Shown here: positions 10,279 to 21,108 of the stretch, in pieces
Position numbering within the stretch: the first letter of the stretch is position 1
Layout: every line of letters starts with the position of its first letter
From: an uncultured delta proteobacterium
GTDB lineage: Bacteria > Myxococcota_A > Polyangia > Haliangiales > Haliangiaceae
Reading direction: 5' to 3'
Assembly: GCA_963848295.1 (NCBI GenBank)
Contig: CAWKDB010000002.1
Coordinates: forward strand, 1,312,001 to 1,376,000
DNA length: 64,000 bases
Program-made: the position numbers and the translations under genes
Notes under the pieces: generated by a model
What the model was told of the DNA's origin: nothing
Database searches by the model: none
Seen by the model: only the letters and a program-made list of their open reading frames with translations

Positions 10279-10779
10279 TCAGCCGGCGCGCGCGAGCTGC
10301 GATGCGTGGATCGGCGCCGACGGTTGGAGCAGCGCGAGCTGGCGCAGCCGCTCGGTCGCGAAGCGACCGGCGAGGCTCGCGTAGACCTCCGGCTCGGCGA
10401 GGTCGTGTAGGGTCGGCAGCACGTGCTCGTCCTCGTAAGCTGCGTGGACCTTGACGAGCGTCGCGAGCCGGGCCGCGCGCTGGCGCCACGTCGGACTGGC
10501 GGGCAGCGCCTCGACGAGATCGACGAGCGCACCCTCCTGCGCGAGGTGCTGGTCGCGCGCGTGACCGACCATCGCGTCGATGACGTCGGGGTGCGCGCAC
10601 CGCGTCACGGCGAACGCCAGCACGATGTCCTCGGCCTCGGCGTGCGCGGTCAGCCCGAGGCGCACACCGTCGAGCAGATTTCGAATCTGCGGGAGGGTGC
10701 GCGCGTCGAGCAACGCGGCGAGCCCGCCCTGGATGTCTTGGTGATCGCGACGCAGGAGAATGGCGATGTCGACCGGCAT
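10279..10779 (-). CDS. hemerythrin/HHE cation-binding domain protein
   Basis: RRDHQ...HAEAED...QH...HAAYEDEHVLP pattern. Confidence 0.8.
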   Translation of the reverse strand: MPVDIAILLRRDHQDIQGGLAALLDARTLPQIRNLLDGVRLGLTAHAEAEDIVLAFAVTRCAHPDVIDAMVGHARDQHLAQEGALVDLVEALPASPTWRQRAARLATLVKVHAAYEDEHVLPTLHDLAEPEVYASLAGRFATERLRQLALLQPSAPIHASQLARAG

Positions 10780-10792
10780 GTAACGATGCGAG

Positions 10793-10808
10793 TGCAGTCG
10801 TGATGCCG
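10793..10808 (-). promoter_or_regulatory. sigma54 -24/-12 promoter of the hemerythrin gene
   Basis: CGGCATCACGACTGCA (GG-N10-GC). Confidence 0.6.
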
Positions 10809-11009
10809 CGTGACGAAAGGTACGCGGGCATGCGGACGGGAGTGTCGTCGGAAAGCGAGCTTACGGATGGCGATGAATGGATTCACTGTAGGCGCGCAAG
10901 ACAGACGCGGGACAGAGCGCTCGTGCGACACCAGCGCACGCGCTAGTCGAGACTCACAACGAGTGTCCGGCGCGCCGCGTTGTGGCCGACGACGCGTTAC
11001 AGTCGGCAA

Positions 11010-11873
11010 GTGACCTCCGCGCGCGGCCGGTTCCTGGCCAACCGCGGCGCCGTCGTCGGTGCCGTCCTGGTCGCGCTGCTGCTCGCCCTCGCCGTGTTTG
11101 CGCCATTACTCGAGCGCAGGGACCCGATCGCGCTCGACATCGATCACGGTCTGACCTCGCTCGGAGCCCCGCTGCCGCCCTCGCTGGATGCGCCACTCGG
11201 CACCGACCACCTCGGGCGCGATGTCTGGTCGCGGATCGTCGCGGGCGCGGGCACGTCGCTCGAGATCGCCACCGCCGCGACCGGGATCGCGCTCGCGCTG
11301 GGCTTGCTCGTCGGCCTGGTCGCGGGCTACGCCGGAGGCCGCACCGATGATCTCTTGATGCGGCTCGTCGATCTCGGCCTGTCGTTCCCGTTCTTGCTGC
11401 TCGCGATCTTGCTCGCCGCGCTGTTGCACGAGTCCAAGCTCGGATCGTCGAACGCGCCCGTCTACCTGACGCTCGGGGTCGTCGGCTGGACCACGATCGC
11501 GCGCGTGGTGCGCGGCAAGGCGATGACGCTCGCGCGCAGCGAGATGGTGACCGCCGCCCGCGCGATCGGCGCGAGCCCGGCGCGGATCATGACGCGCTAT
11601 CTGCTGCCGAATCTCGCGAGCCTCGTCTTCGCGCTCACCGCGCTCGGCTTCGCGCAGAACCTGATCGCCGAGTCGGTGCTGTCGTACCTCGGGCTCGGCC
11701 CGCAGCCGCCGACTCCGTCGTGGGGCCGCATGCTCTACGAAGGCCGCGTCTATTATCGCAGCGCCCCTTGGCTCGTGCTCGCCCCCGGTGTCGCGATCAT
11801 GCTCGCGGTCGTCGGGTTCAACCTCGTCGGCGACGGCCTGCGCGACGCGCTCGATCCGAAGGAGCGGCGATGA
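11010..11873 (+). CDS. peptide/nickel ABC permease (DppC/OppC-like)
   Basis: LGTDHLGRDVWSR, AARAIGAS, ESVLSYLGLG, NLVGDGLRDALDP. Confidence 0.92.
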   Translation: MTSARGRFLANRGAVVGAVLVALLLALAVFAPLLERRDPIALDIDHGLTSLGAPLPPSLDAPLGTDHLGRDVWSRIVAGAGTSLEIATAATGIALALGLLVGLVAGYAGGRTDDLLMRLVDLGLSFPFLLLAILLAALLHESKLGSSNAPVYLTLGVVGWTTIARVVRGKAMTLARSEMVTAARAIGASPARIMTRYLLPNLASLVFALTALGFAQNLIAESVLSYLGLGPQPPTPSWGRMLYEGRVYYRSAPWLVLAPGVAIMLAVVGFNLVGDGLRDALDPKERR

Positions 11874-13483
11874 ATCGCGCGATCGTCGTCGTGCTCGCGC
11901 TCGCCGCGTGCGAGCCACCCGACCACGGACCGCGGTGGCGCGCCGCCGGGAGCTCGACGCCGCGCGACGGCGGCACGCTGCGCTTCGCGATCAACGGCGA
12001 GGTCCGCACGCTCGATCCGACGATCGCGTACGACGAGTATTCGTTCTACGGCGTCCACCCGCTGTTCGACACGCTGATCGGCTACGAGCCGAGCTCGCCC
12101 GACGATCCGACGGCGGGACTGCGCCTCGTGCCACGGCTCGCCGAACGCTGGGAGCTGTCGCCCGACGGCGAGACCTACACGTTCGTGCTACGGCCCGATC
12201 TGCAATATGCGGACGGCTCGCCGATCGTCGCGGCCGATTTCATCTATAGCTTCGAGCACGCGATCGCTACGCCCGATTCGCCGTTCGGCCCGATGATCGG
12301 CGACGTGGTTGGAGCGTCGGAGCTGCGCGATCATCACGCCGACCATGCCGCCGGTCTCACCGCCCCGGACGCCCGCACGTTGCGCATCGAGCTCGTGCGC
12401 CAGGACGCCGCGCTGCCGTATGTGCTGACGATGCCGTTCACGACGCCTCAACGCGCCGACCACCCGAGCACCTCGGGTCCGTTCGCGCTCGAGTCGTGGG
12501 ACCGCGGCCAGATGCTGCGACTCCGCAAGAACCCCCGGTCGTGGGCGGCCCGCTCGGTCCATCTCGACGCGATCGACGTGCTCGAGGACGTCCCCCGCGA
12601 CACCGCGTTCCTGATGTTCCAGCGCGGCGAGATCGATACGTGCGACAAGCTCGCCGCCCCCGATTTCGTTTCGCTGCGCGAGCAACCCGCTTGGCAGCCC
12701 TATGTGTTCGAGCGCGCGATCATGAACGCGTTCGGCGCGCGGATGAACGTCCGCACGAAGCCGTTCGACGATCGCCGCGTCCGCCAGGCTCTCAACTACG
12801 CGGTCGACAAGGATCACCTCGTCAAGCTGTTACACGGCGCCGCGGTGCCCGCGCACGGAGTGCTGGCGCCCGGGATGTTCGGGCGCGACGATACGCTCGC
12901 GCCGTACCCGCATGATCCGGCGAAGGCGCGCGCGCTGCTCGCCGAGGCCGGCTATGGCTCCGGGTTCGAGGTCGAGTACGTCACCCAGGACGACTTCGAG
13001 GCGGTGACGATCGGAGAATCGCTGCAAGCCGATCTCGCCGCGGTGGGGGTCCGAGTGAGGATCACCCAACTCGAGCTCGCGACGTTCGGCACCGCGGTGG
13101 GGAGGGCTGACGGCCCGCCGTTCTCGCTGTGGTCGTGGGCCGGTGATTACCCAGATCCGACGAACTACTTCGACGTGATGTTTCACTCGCGGATGATCGC
13201 GGACGAGAATTCGAACAATAACTCGTTCTACTCGAACCCCGAGCTCGACGCGTTGCTCGACCAGGCGCGCGGTGAGACCGACCGGGCGACGCGAGCGGAG
13301 ATGTATCACCGGGTCGAGCGGATCCTCTACGACGACGCGCCGTGGATCTGGGGCTACCACCAACTCATGACCGAGGTCGTGCAGCCTTACGTCAAAGGCT
13401 ACGCACCGCATCCGGTGTGGCTGCGCGACTACACGACGGCCTGGCTCGATCTCGGGCCGAACGGCGAGCGAGTCGCGCGATGA
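11870..13483 (+). CDS. peptide ABC substrate-binding lipoprotein (family 5)
   Basis: Lipobox LAAC; LAERWELSPDG, PFDDRRVRQALNYAVD. Confidence 0.92.
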   Translation: MNRAIVVVLALAACEPPDHGPRWRAAGSSTPRDGGTLRFAINGEVRTLDPTIAYDEYSFYGVHPLFDTLIGYEPSSPDDPTAGLRLVPRLAERWELSPDGETYTFVLRPDLQYADGSPIVAADFIYSFEHAIATPDSPFGPMIGDVVGASELRDHHADHAAGLTAPDARTLRIELVRQDAALPYVLTMPFTTPQRADHPSTSGPFALESWDRGQMLRLRKNPRSWAARSVHLDAIDVLEDVPRDTAFLMFQRGEIDTCDKLAAPDFVSLREQPAWQPYVFERAIMNAFGARMNVRTKPFDDRRVRQALNYAVDKDHLVKLLHGAAVPAHGVLAPGMFGRDDTLAPYPHDPAKARALLAEAGYGSGFEVEYVTQDDFEAVTIGESLQADLAAVGVRVRITQLELATFGTAVGRADGPPFSLWSWAGDYPDPTNYFDVMFHSRMIADENSNNNSFYSNPELDALLDQARGETDRATRAEMYHRVERILYDDAPWIWGYHQLMTEVVQPYVKGYAPHPVWLRDYTTAWLDLGPNGERVAR

Positions 13484-14409
13484 GCTTCGTGCTGCGCCGG
13501 ATCGGGTGGTCGCTGGTCGTCGTGTGGTTCGTCGTCACCGCGACGTTCGCGATGATCGCGCTGATCCCGGCAGATCCGATGAAGGCCTTGCTCGGGCCCC
13601 ACGCGACGCACGACGCGATCGTCGACGCGCGCGCGCACTACTGCCTCGATCGCGGGCTCGCGGCGCAATACGGCTGCTTCGTCGATCACGTCGTTCACGG
13701 CGATCTCGGCGAGAGCTATCGCAGCAAGCGTGCGGTGACCGCGATCCTCGCGGAGCGAATCTGGCCGACGGCTCAGCTCGCGCTCGCCGCGATCGCGTTG
13801 CAGCTGTTGATCGGGGTGCCGCTCGGGGTGATCGCGGCGTTGCGGCGGAATCGCTGGCCGGACTATGCGTCGAATCTCGCCGGACTCGTCGGCCAGAGCG
13901 CACCGACGTTCTTCGTCGGCATGGTGCTGATCTACCTGCTGTCGTTTCGGTTCGGCTGGTTCCCGATCAGCGGCTACGGCGAGCCCGGGTTGGATCGGCT
14001 CTATCATCTCGTGTTACCGGCGCTCACGCTCGCCGCGGTCGGGGTCGCCTACTACGCGCGGGTCGTGCGCAGCGAGCTGATCGACACGCTGCGAGAGGAC
14101 TACGTGCGGACCGCGCGCGCGAAGGGGCTGTCCGAGCGCCGCGTGATCGTCAAGCATGCGTTGCGGAACGCGCTCGGCCCGCTGGTCACGCTCGTCGGCT
14201 TGGACCTCGGCGTGCTGCTCGGCGGTGCGGTCGTCGTCGAGTACCTGTTCGCGTGGCCCGGGATCGGCCGCGAGGTCTTGCAAGCGATCCACGATCTCGA
14301 CATTCCGCTCGTGCTCGGTGTCGTCTTGCTCGCGGCGGTCGCGATCGCGGTCGCAAACTTGATCGTCGACCTCGTCTATCTGTGGCTCGATCCGAGGCTG
14401 CGTGACTGA
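13480..14409 (+). CDS. peptide ABC permease (DppB/OppB-like)
   Basis: GDLGESY, DYVRTARAKGL, HALRNAL, DLVYLWLDPR. Confidence 0.92.
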   Translation: MSFVLRRIGWSLVVVWFVVTATFAMIALIPADPMKALLGPHATHDAIVDARAHYCLDRGLAAQYGCFVDHVVHGDLGESYRSKRAVTAILAERIWPTAQLALAAIALQLLIGVPLGVIAALRRNRWPDYASNLAGLVGQSAPTFFVGMVLIYLLSFRFGWFPISGYGEPGLDRLYHLVLPALTLAAVGVAYYARVVRSELIDTLREDYVRTARAKGLSERRVIVKHALRNALGPLVTLVGLDLGVLLGGAVVVEYLFAWPGIGREVLQAIHDLDIPLVLGVVLLAAVAIAVANLIVDLVYLWLDPRLRD

Positions 14410-15610
14410 CGCCGACCGCCACCGCCGCGCTTTCAAGTTCCTGATCCTGCTCGGCTGGGTCAGCTTGCTCGCCGACCTCTGCCACGAGGGCATGCGCTCG
14501 GTGCTCGGCCCGTACCTCGAGCTGCTCGGTGCGAGCGCGACCGCGGTCGGCGCGGTCAGCGGCACCGGCGAGGCCGTCGGGTTCGCGCTGCGCTACTGGA
14601 CCGGCTCGATCGCCGATCGCACGCAAGCGTATTGGGGGCTGACGATCGCGGGTTACGCGATCAACCTCGTCGCCGTGCCCGCGCTCGCGCTCGTCGGCAG
14701 TTGGCCGGCGGTGGCGGCGCTCGTCGCGCTCGAACGGCTCGGCAAGGCGGTGCGCTCGCCCGCGAAGTCGACGCTCACATCGTTCGCGGGCAAAGACCTC
14801 GGACCGGGCCGCGCGTTCGCGATCAACGAGGCGATGGATCAGGCCGGCGCCCTGCTCGGCCCGCTCGCGGTCGCCGCGGTGCTCGCGTGGCGCGGCGCGA
14901 ACGCGTCGGGCTTCGCGTGGGCGTTCGGATTGCTCGCGTTGCCCGGGCTCGCGACCGTCGCGGTGCTCGTGCGCGCGCGTCGGCTGTATCCCGATCCTCA
15001 CACGATCGAAGGCGACGCGGACAGCGCGGACGCGGCCGGCCGGCTCGCCCCTCGCTATCGCGTGTATCTGGTCGGTGTCGCGCTCGTCGCGATCGGCCTC
15101 GCCGACTGGCCCCTGCTCGCGTACCACTTCGGCAAGACCGGCATGCTCTCCGTGAAGTGGCTGCCGATCGTCTATGCCGGAGCGATGGCGCTCGACGGCC
15201 TGGTCTCGCTCGCCGCGGGTCTCGCGTTCGACCGCGGCCGAGCGCGCGGCGGCACCGGCGCCGGCGTCGTCGCCCTGTTCGTGATCGCGGGCGCGGCGTA
15301 CGGCCCGCTCGCGTTCGCACCGTCGGGCTCGCTCGCGCTCGCGATCGTCGGCATCGCGCTGTGGACGATCGCGCGCGCGTCGACCGAATCGATCGGCAAG
15401 GCGCTGATCGCCGCGATCGTGCCACATGCGCAACGTGGTCGCGCCTACGGGATTTACTACGTCGTCTACGGGCTCGCGTGGTGGGCTGGCAGCATCGCGC
15501 TCGGCCGGCTCTACGACGCCGAACCAAGTTACGCCGGTGTTGCAGCGACCGCATCGTTGACGCTCGGCGCAATCGTAGTGGCTATATCGGGCACGCGACG
15601 ACGTGCCTGA
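14402..15610 (+). CDS. MFS transporter
   Basis: About 12 TM segments; GSIADRT and ERLGKAVRSP motifs. Confidence 0.88.
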   Translation: MTDADRHRRAFKFLILLGWVSLLADLCHEGMRSVLGPYLELLGASATAVGAVSGTGEAVGFALRYWTGSIADRTQAYWGLTIAGYAINLVAVPALALVGSWPAVAALVALERLGKAVRSPAKSTLTSFAGKDLGPGRAFAINEAMDQAGALLGPLAVAAVLAWRGANASGFAWAFGLLALPGLATVAVLVRARRLYPDPHTIEGDADSADAAGRLAPRYRVYLVGVALVAIGLADWPLLAYHFGKTGMLSVKWLPIVYAGAMALDGLVSLAAGLAFDRGRARGGTGAGVVALFVIAGAAYGPLAFAPSGSLALAIVGIALWTIARASTESIGKALIAAIVPHAQRGRAYGIYYVVYGLAWWAGSIALGRLYDAEPSYAGVAATASLTLGAIVVAISGTRRRA

Positions 15611-15631
15611 TTTCCCTATCTACGAATTTCA

Positions 15632-15647
15632 CGGCACGGCTCATGCT
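15632..15647 (+). promoter_or_regulatory. sigma54 -24/-12 promoter
   Basis: CGGCACGGCTCATGCT (GG-N10-GC) just upstream of ATG 15660. Confidence 0.65.
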
Positions 15648-15659
15648 CTACGTCGCGCC

Positions 15660-16340
15660 ATGCGCAGTCTTATCGTCGCTCTACTCGTCGCCATTCCTGC
15701 CTGTGATATCGGCAACCTCGACCTCGGGCTCGACTCGTCGCGCCACCTAGCGGCGGCCTACTACGATGGTCACTCAGTGGCGATAACCGCTTGTCCGACC
15801 GATGGCTTCCTCGGTTGCGGCTCGCCGCAGCCCGACGACGCGGTCGAGCTGACTTACAATAACCAGAAGCTCGAGGTCCCCGCAGATCCGGACGCGGATG
15901 TCGTACTTGGTGCCAGCGGCGCGCTCGCAAATGCCCCGTTCCAGGCCACGATCCCCGCGCCGTGGAATGGACGCTTAGACCTCACGATCAACGGGACCAC
16001 CGCAACCGTCGACCTGCCATCGGGCTTCGCGATCGACGCGCTACCGGCGACGCTGTCGCGCGCCGCCGGTGCCCTCGACGTCACGTTCGAGCGGCTCGCT
16101 GAGGTCAACGCCGAGCCGACCGCCGCCCTGTACGCGACATGCGCCGACGGCACGCAGCGCATCGACGCGTTTGCCGAGGTCACCGAGGGCGAGCTGCTGC
16201 TGACGTTCGATCAGCTGCCCGCATCGGCCGGCGCCTGCGACGAGGAGCTCGAGATCACCGAGCCGGTGTTGAGCTCTGATCCGGCGATCGAGACCGAGAT
16301 CTACCGGATCGAGCGCGCGACATTCACCAGCGAGCCTTAG
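15660..16340 (+). CDS. hypothetical lipoprotein
   Basis: MRSLIVALLVAIPAC signal peptide/lipobox; acidic, beta-rich body. Confidence 0.7.
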   Translation: MRSLIVALLVAIPACDIGNLDLGLDSSRHLAAAYYDGHSVAITACPTDGFLGCGSPQPDDAVELTYNNQKLEVPADPDADVVLGASGALANAPFQATIPAPWNGRLDLTINGTTATVDLPSGFAIDALPATLSRAAGALDVTFERLAEVNAEPTAALYATCADGTQRIDAFAEVTEGELLLTFDQLPASAGACDEELEITEPVLSSDPAIETEIYRIERATFTSEP

Positions 16341-16346
16341 CGACCC

Positions 16347-16661
16347 TCACTGCTCGGCGAACGTGCCGTGCTGAAGCTGGAGCATCTTCTCGTTCGACGA
16401 GAACGCGATGAGGTGATGGTTCGCGAAATTGAGCACGACGCTGAGCGTGTAGCCCGACGATCCGAGATACGACACCGCGTACGCGTCGTCGCTCACCTTG
16501 GCGACTTCGTACTTGTCGACGTGGGTGGGCTTGCTGCCCTTGGCCATCGAGAAGTCCACCGAGCCGTCGTCGTGGAACTCGTGGGTGATCGCCTTGCCGG
16601 CCATCCGGCCGTCTTGGAATTCGAACGTGAGCGTCTTGCCGCGAATCGGGTTCTTCGACAT
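16347..16661 (-). CDS. MoaF N-terminal/phenolic-acid-decarboxylase-like beta-barrel protein
   Basis: GKTLTFEF...YEVAKVSDDAYAVSY..SGYTLSVVLNF pattern. Confidence 0.6.
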   Translation of the reverse strand: MSKNPIRGKTLTFEFQDGRMAGKAITHEFHDDGSVDFSMAKGSKPTHVDKYEVAKVSDDAYAVSYLGSSGYTLSVVLNFANHHLIAFSSNEKMLQLQHGTFAEQ

Positions 16662-16727
16662 CGGTGCCTCCGCAGCCGAAGGCTGCAAGCACCGGGCCCT
16701 GAGCGCTGACGCACGGCGTGCGGAGCG

Positions 16728-17752
16728 TCAGTCGCCGTCGAGCGCGCGGTCTTCGCGGCCGGCGCGCTTGCTCGGCTTCTTCGCGGCACCGAGCCCGAGC
16801 TCCGCGAGCTTCTTGCGCAGCGTGTTGCGATTGAGCCCCAGGATCTCGGCGGCCTTGACCTGGTTGCCGCCGGTGTTAGCGAGCACGAGATCGAACAGCG
16901 GACGCTCGACGCGCGCGAGCACCTTGTCGTAGAGGTCGTGGACGGGATAGCCGTCGATCCGCGCCAACAGGCCGGCGAGCTTCGCCTTGACCATGTCCTC
17001 GAACGCGAGATCCTCGAGCGGCACGCGCTCGGCGACGACCGGCAAGATCTCGTCGACGTCGCCCGCTTCGATCCGGCTGCGGCTGACCCGAACCACGAGC
17101 CGGCGCGCGATCGACTTGAGCTCGGCGACGTTGCCCGGCCACGGATAGGCACCGAGCCGGGCATGCGCGCGACTCGACACGGTCGGCTTGCCTCGCCCGA
17201 CCTCGGCGGCGTAGTGGCGGACCCAGCGCTCGAACAGCGTCGGCAGGTCCGCGATGCGATCGCGCAACGGTGGCACTTCGATCCGACGAGCCGCGAACAG
17301 CTCGTAGAAATCGCGCGACACGATCTTCGCCTCGACTGCACGCTGGACATCGACATCGGCGGTCGCGACGACCTGCAGGTCGGTGGCATCGGCTCCGATC
17401 GCACGCTCGAGCGTGCGCTGCGAAGGCGCCGACAGATCGCTGACGTCTTTGACGAGCAACGTGCCACCGGCGGCCGCGTGCAAGGCGCGACGGGCTCGCT
17501 CGCAATCGTCGCCCGGACCTTGCGCGACGTCGCCGCCTTCGAACGTCGGCCGTACCGCGACGAACCGGCCGCGGCCCCGCGGGCCGCTTTGATGGAGCAC
17601 GCGCGCGACGAGCTCGCGGCCCGTACCGTGCTCGCCGGCGATCAACACCGGAGCGCCTCCATCGGCGAAGGCCTCGACTCGCGCGACGACCGCGCGCATC
17701 GCCGCGCTCTCGGCGACGAGAAAGTGGTTCGCACGCAGCGACGCGGCGAGCA

Positions 17753-17753
<1 letters not shown>
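16728..17753 (-). CDS. degenerate sigma54-activator-like AAA+ protein with Fis-type HTH
   Basis: GEHGTGRE, PPLRDR, YPWPGNVAEL; C-terminal LYDKVLARVERPL...GNQVKAAEILGLNRNTLRKKL. Its start overlaps the dusB stop. Confidence 0.85.
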
Positions 17754-18817
<1,064 letters not shown>

Positions 18818-18894
18818 GCACGGTATGTACCGGATGCGCCACCGGACGTAAATGTCGGATTGCGCGGATAGGTGGACCGAGGCGCCGCCCCCTG

Positions 18895-19515
18895 CTACGC
18901 GTCCCGCAGATCCGCGACCGCGTTGATGTTACGCAGCGCTCGCAGCTCCGGATCCACCGCGCGCACCGCCGCTTCATCGAGCCAAACGAGCCGCAAGCCG
19001 GCGTTGGTGAGCAGCTCGCTCGCGCGGAGCTGGCCCGACGCGACGCGCGCGCGGGCTATCTCGGCGACCCGCGTGTGGAGCACGCACAACAGCGGCTCCG
19101 GCCGGCCTCCGATGCGGAACGCGCAGCCATCGCCGTCCGCGCGCTCGAGCAAGAGGTCGACGATCGCGCCGGTCACGCGCGGCAGATCGCACGCGACGAC
19201 GATCACCCATGGTGTCCGCGCGGCGGTGAGCCCACTCGCGATGCCTGCGAGCGGGCCCTGATCGGCGACTTCGTCGCGTACCACGCGCAGGTTCGCGAAG
19301 TCGCCCTCGATTGCCGCCGCGATCACCGCGCTCGCCGCGCCGATCGAGACGAGGATCTCCGAGACGCGCGGTTCGAGCACCGCGCACTGGCGATCGAGGA
19401 TTCGCTGGCCGCCGACGAGCAACGCGTGCTTCGGGGCACCGCCCATCCGCGTCGCCTTGCCGCCCGCGAGGATGAGCGCCGTGACGAGCGGGGCTCGCAC
19501 CCGAGCGTCAGGCAT
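18895..19515 (-). CDS. mobA: molybdenum cofactor guanylyltransferase
   Basis: LILAGGKATRMGG, QGPLAGI, VACDLP, PEPL, NINAVADL. Confidence 0.88.
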   Translation of the reverse strand: MPDARVRAPLVTALILAGGKATRMGGAPKHALLVGGQRILDRQCAVLEPRVSEILVSIGAASAVIAAAIEGDFANLRVVRDEVADQGPLAGIASGLTAARTPWVIVVACDLPRVTGAIVDLLLERADGDGCAFRIGGRPEPLLCVLHTRVAEIARARVASGQLRASELLTNAGLRLVWLDEAAVRAVDPELRALRNINAVADLRDA

Positions 19516-19562
19516 CGGCGAATGGCGATGCGATTTGATCGACGGCGTCGCGGTCCATCGAG

Positions 19563-21014
19563 CTACTTCAGCAGCGCTTCGATTTCTTGCTGCGGCGGCG
19601 TGGTCACTTCGGGTCCGGTCGGCGACAGATACACCGACACCTCGGTCCGCACTCCGAACTGGCCGGGGAAGTACACGCCCGGCCCGACGGTGAAGCCGGT
19701 ACCCGGGGTCAGGATCCGGGTGTCTCTGACCTCGAAGTCGTCGAGATCGGCGCCGCCACCCTGCAGGTCGCTGTCGATCGAGTGCCCGGTGCGATGCATG
19801 ACCTGATCGCCGTCGCCCGCTTTCTTGATGAACGAACGCGCTGCCTGATCGACCTCGGCCCCGGTGACCGGCCGTTGCTTGCGATTGCGATCGGTGATGA
19901 GCACGAGCGCTTGATCGCGCGCGAGCGCGACGGTCACGAACGCCTTCGCGAATCTGTCCGCGACCGTCGAGTCCGCGACCGCGCACCACGTCTGCGCCGC
20001 GAAGATGCCCTCCGGCTTGTCGACCTTCGCCGCGATCGATAGCACGAGCAGATCGCCGCGGTGGATCGTCGCGGTCTTCGCCGCGGTCGGCACGTAATAC
20101 GGATCGGCGGTGTCTACGCCCGCAGCGACGACCGGCGGTGGCCCGACCAGTCCACGCATCAGCAAGCCGTGCACGATCATCTGCTGCACGTCGTACTCGG
20201 TGACCGGCTCGTTCGCCTGGAGCTTCTTGGTCACGAACGCGAGCGCTTCCTTGCGCAACTCGACGATGTGGTGGACCGCGACGTAGTGCAGCGTATGACC
20301 GGCGTCGCCCCAGATCGCCTTGGTGTACTGCACGAGCGTCTCGGACGACCGCACGTTGACGCCGGCGGCGCGGATCACCTCGAGCGTGCCGGCATCGACC
20401 CGCGAGACGTTCGGGACCGCCGCCTTCGGCGAGTACTCCGCTGCGATCGTCTTGACGCCCTTGAGCAACATGCGCAGCTGCTTGTCGAGATCGCGGTAGC
20501 CCTTGTAGGTGAGCTTCTTGCCGGGAAGATGCTCGAAGCTGCTCTGCTCCGAGGTGTGGACGAGGGCGATCGGCTCGCCTTTGGCCGGGATCATGTAGAA
20601 CCACGGGCGCGTCGGATGACCATCGGGCGCGACGAGCCGGACCGCGATCGGGTTCTGACCGTCGCGATCGAACAGCAGCCAGCCGTCGAGGTGCTGGACG
20701 GCGAGTAGGCCCTGGACGGCGGTCAGGTCGGTGATCCCGACGCGCGCAGGCACCCTCGACGCATCGGTCGTGCGCGGTGGGGCCGGCGCCGGAGCGGCGT
20801 AGGGATCGATCGGCGCGGTCGGAGCGGCCTTATCCTTGGACGCCTGCTTCGGCGCAGCCGCGGGCGCGGGTTTCGGCGCAGCCTTCGGTGCAGGTTTCGG
20901 GGCTGCTTTCGCCGGCGCGTACGGGTCGACTGGACCGCTGGCCGGCGCAGGCTGCGCGCCAGCCAACGCGGTGGCTGCCACCAACCCGGCGAACGCGATC
21001 GCGACGAGCTTCAC
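19563..21014 (-). CDS. exported M24 (Xaa-Pro aminopeptidase) family protein, probably catalytically impaired
   Basis: Signal peptide and Pro/Ala/Lys linker; HRTGHSI and GVRTEV retained, but the other metal ligands are substituted. Confidence 0.8.
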   Translation of the reverse strand: MKLVAIAFAGLVAATALAGAQPAPASGPVDPYAPAKAAPKPAPKAAPKPAPAAAPKQASKDKAAPTAPIDPYAAPAPAPPRTTDASRVPARVGITDLTAVQGLLAVQHLDGWLLFDRDGQNPIAVRLVAPDGHPTRPWFYMIPAKGEPIALVHTSEQSSFEHLPGKKLTYKGYRDLDKQLRMLLKGVKTIAAEYSPKAAVPNVSRVDAGTLEVIRAAGVNVRSSETLVQYTKAIWGDAGHTLHYVAVHHIVELRKEALAFVTKKLQANEPVTEYDVQQMIVHGLLMRGLVGPPPVVAAGVDTADPYYVPTAAKTATIHRGDLLVLSIAAKVDKPEGIFAAQTWCAVADSTVADRFAKAFVTVALARDQALVLITDRNRKQRPVTGAEVDQAARSFIKKAGDGDQVMHRTGHSIDSDLQGGGADLDDFEVRDTRILTPGTGFTVGPGVYFPGQFGVRTEVSVYLSPTGPEVTTPPQQEIEALLK

Positions 21015-21108
21015 CGCTCGATCTGTAGCACCGTTTGTGGTCCCTCGCCGGCGAAGATCGGAGATTGCCGCCCCGGGAATGCCGACCGGATCACGCCCGA
21101 GCTGACAG

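Noticed and set aside
10810..11000. Possible riboswitch or sRNA between hemerythrin and the peptide ABC operon
   Set aside because: No recognisable conserved RNA motif or strong hairpin by eye; an Rfam scan would be needed.
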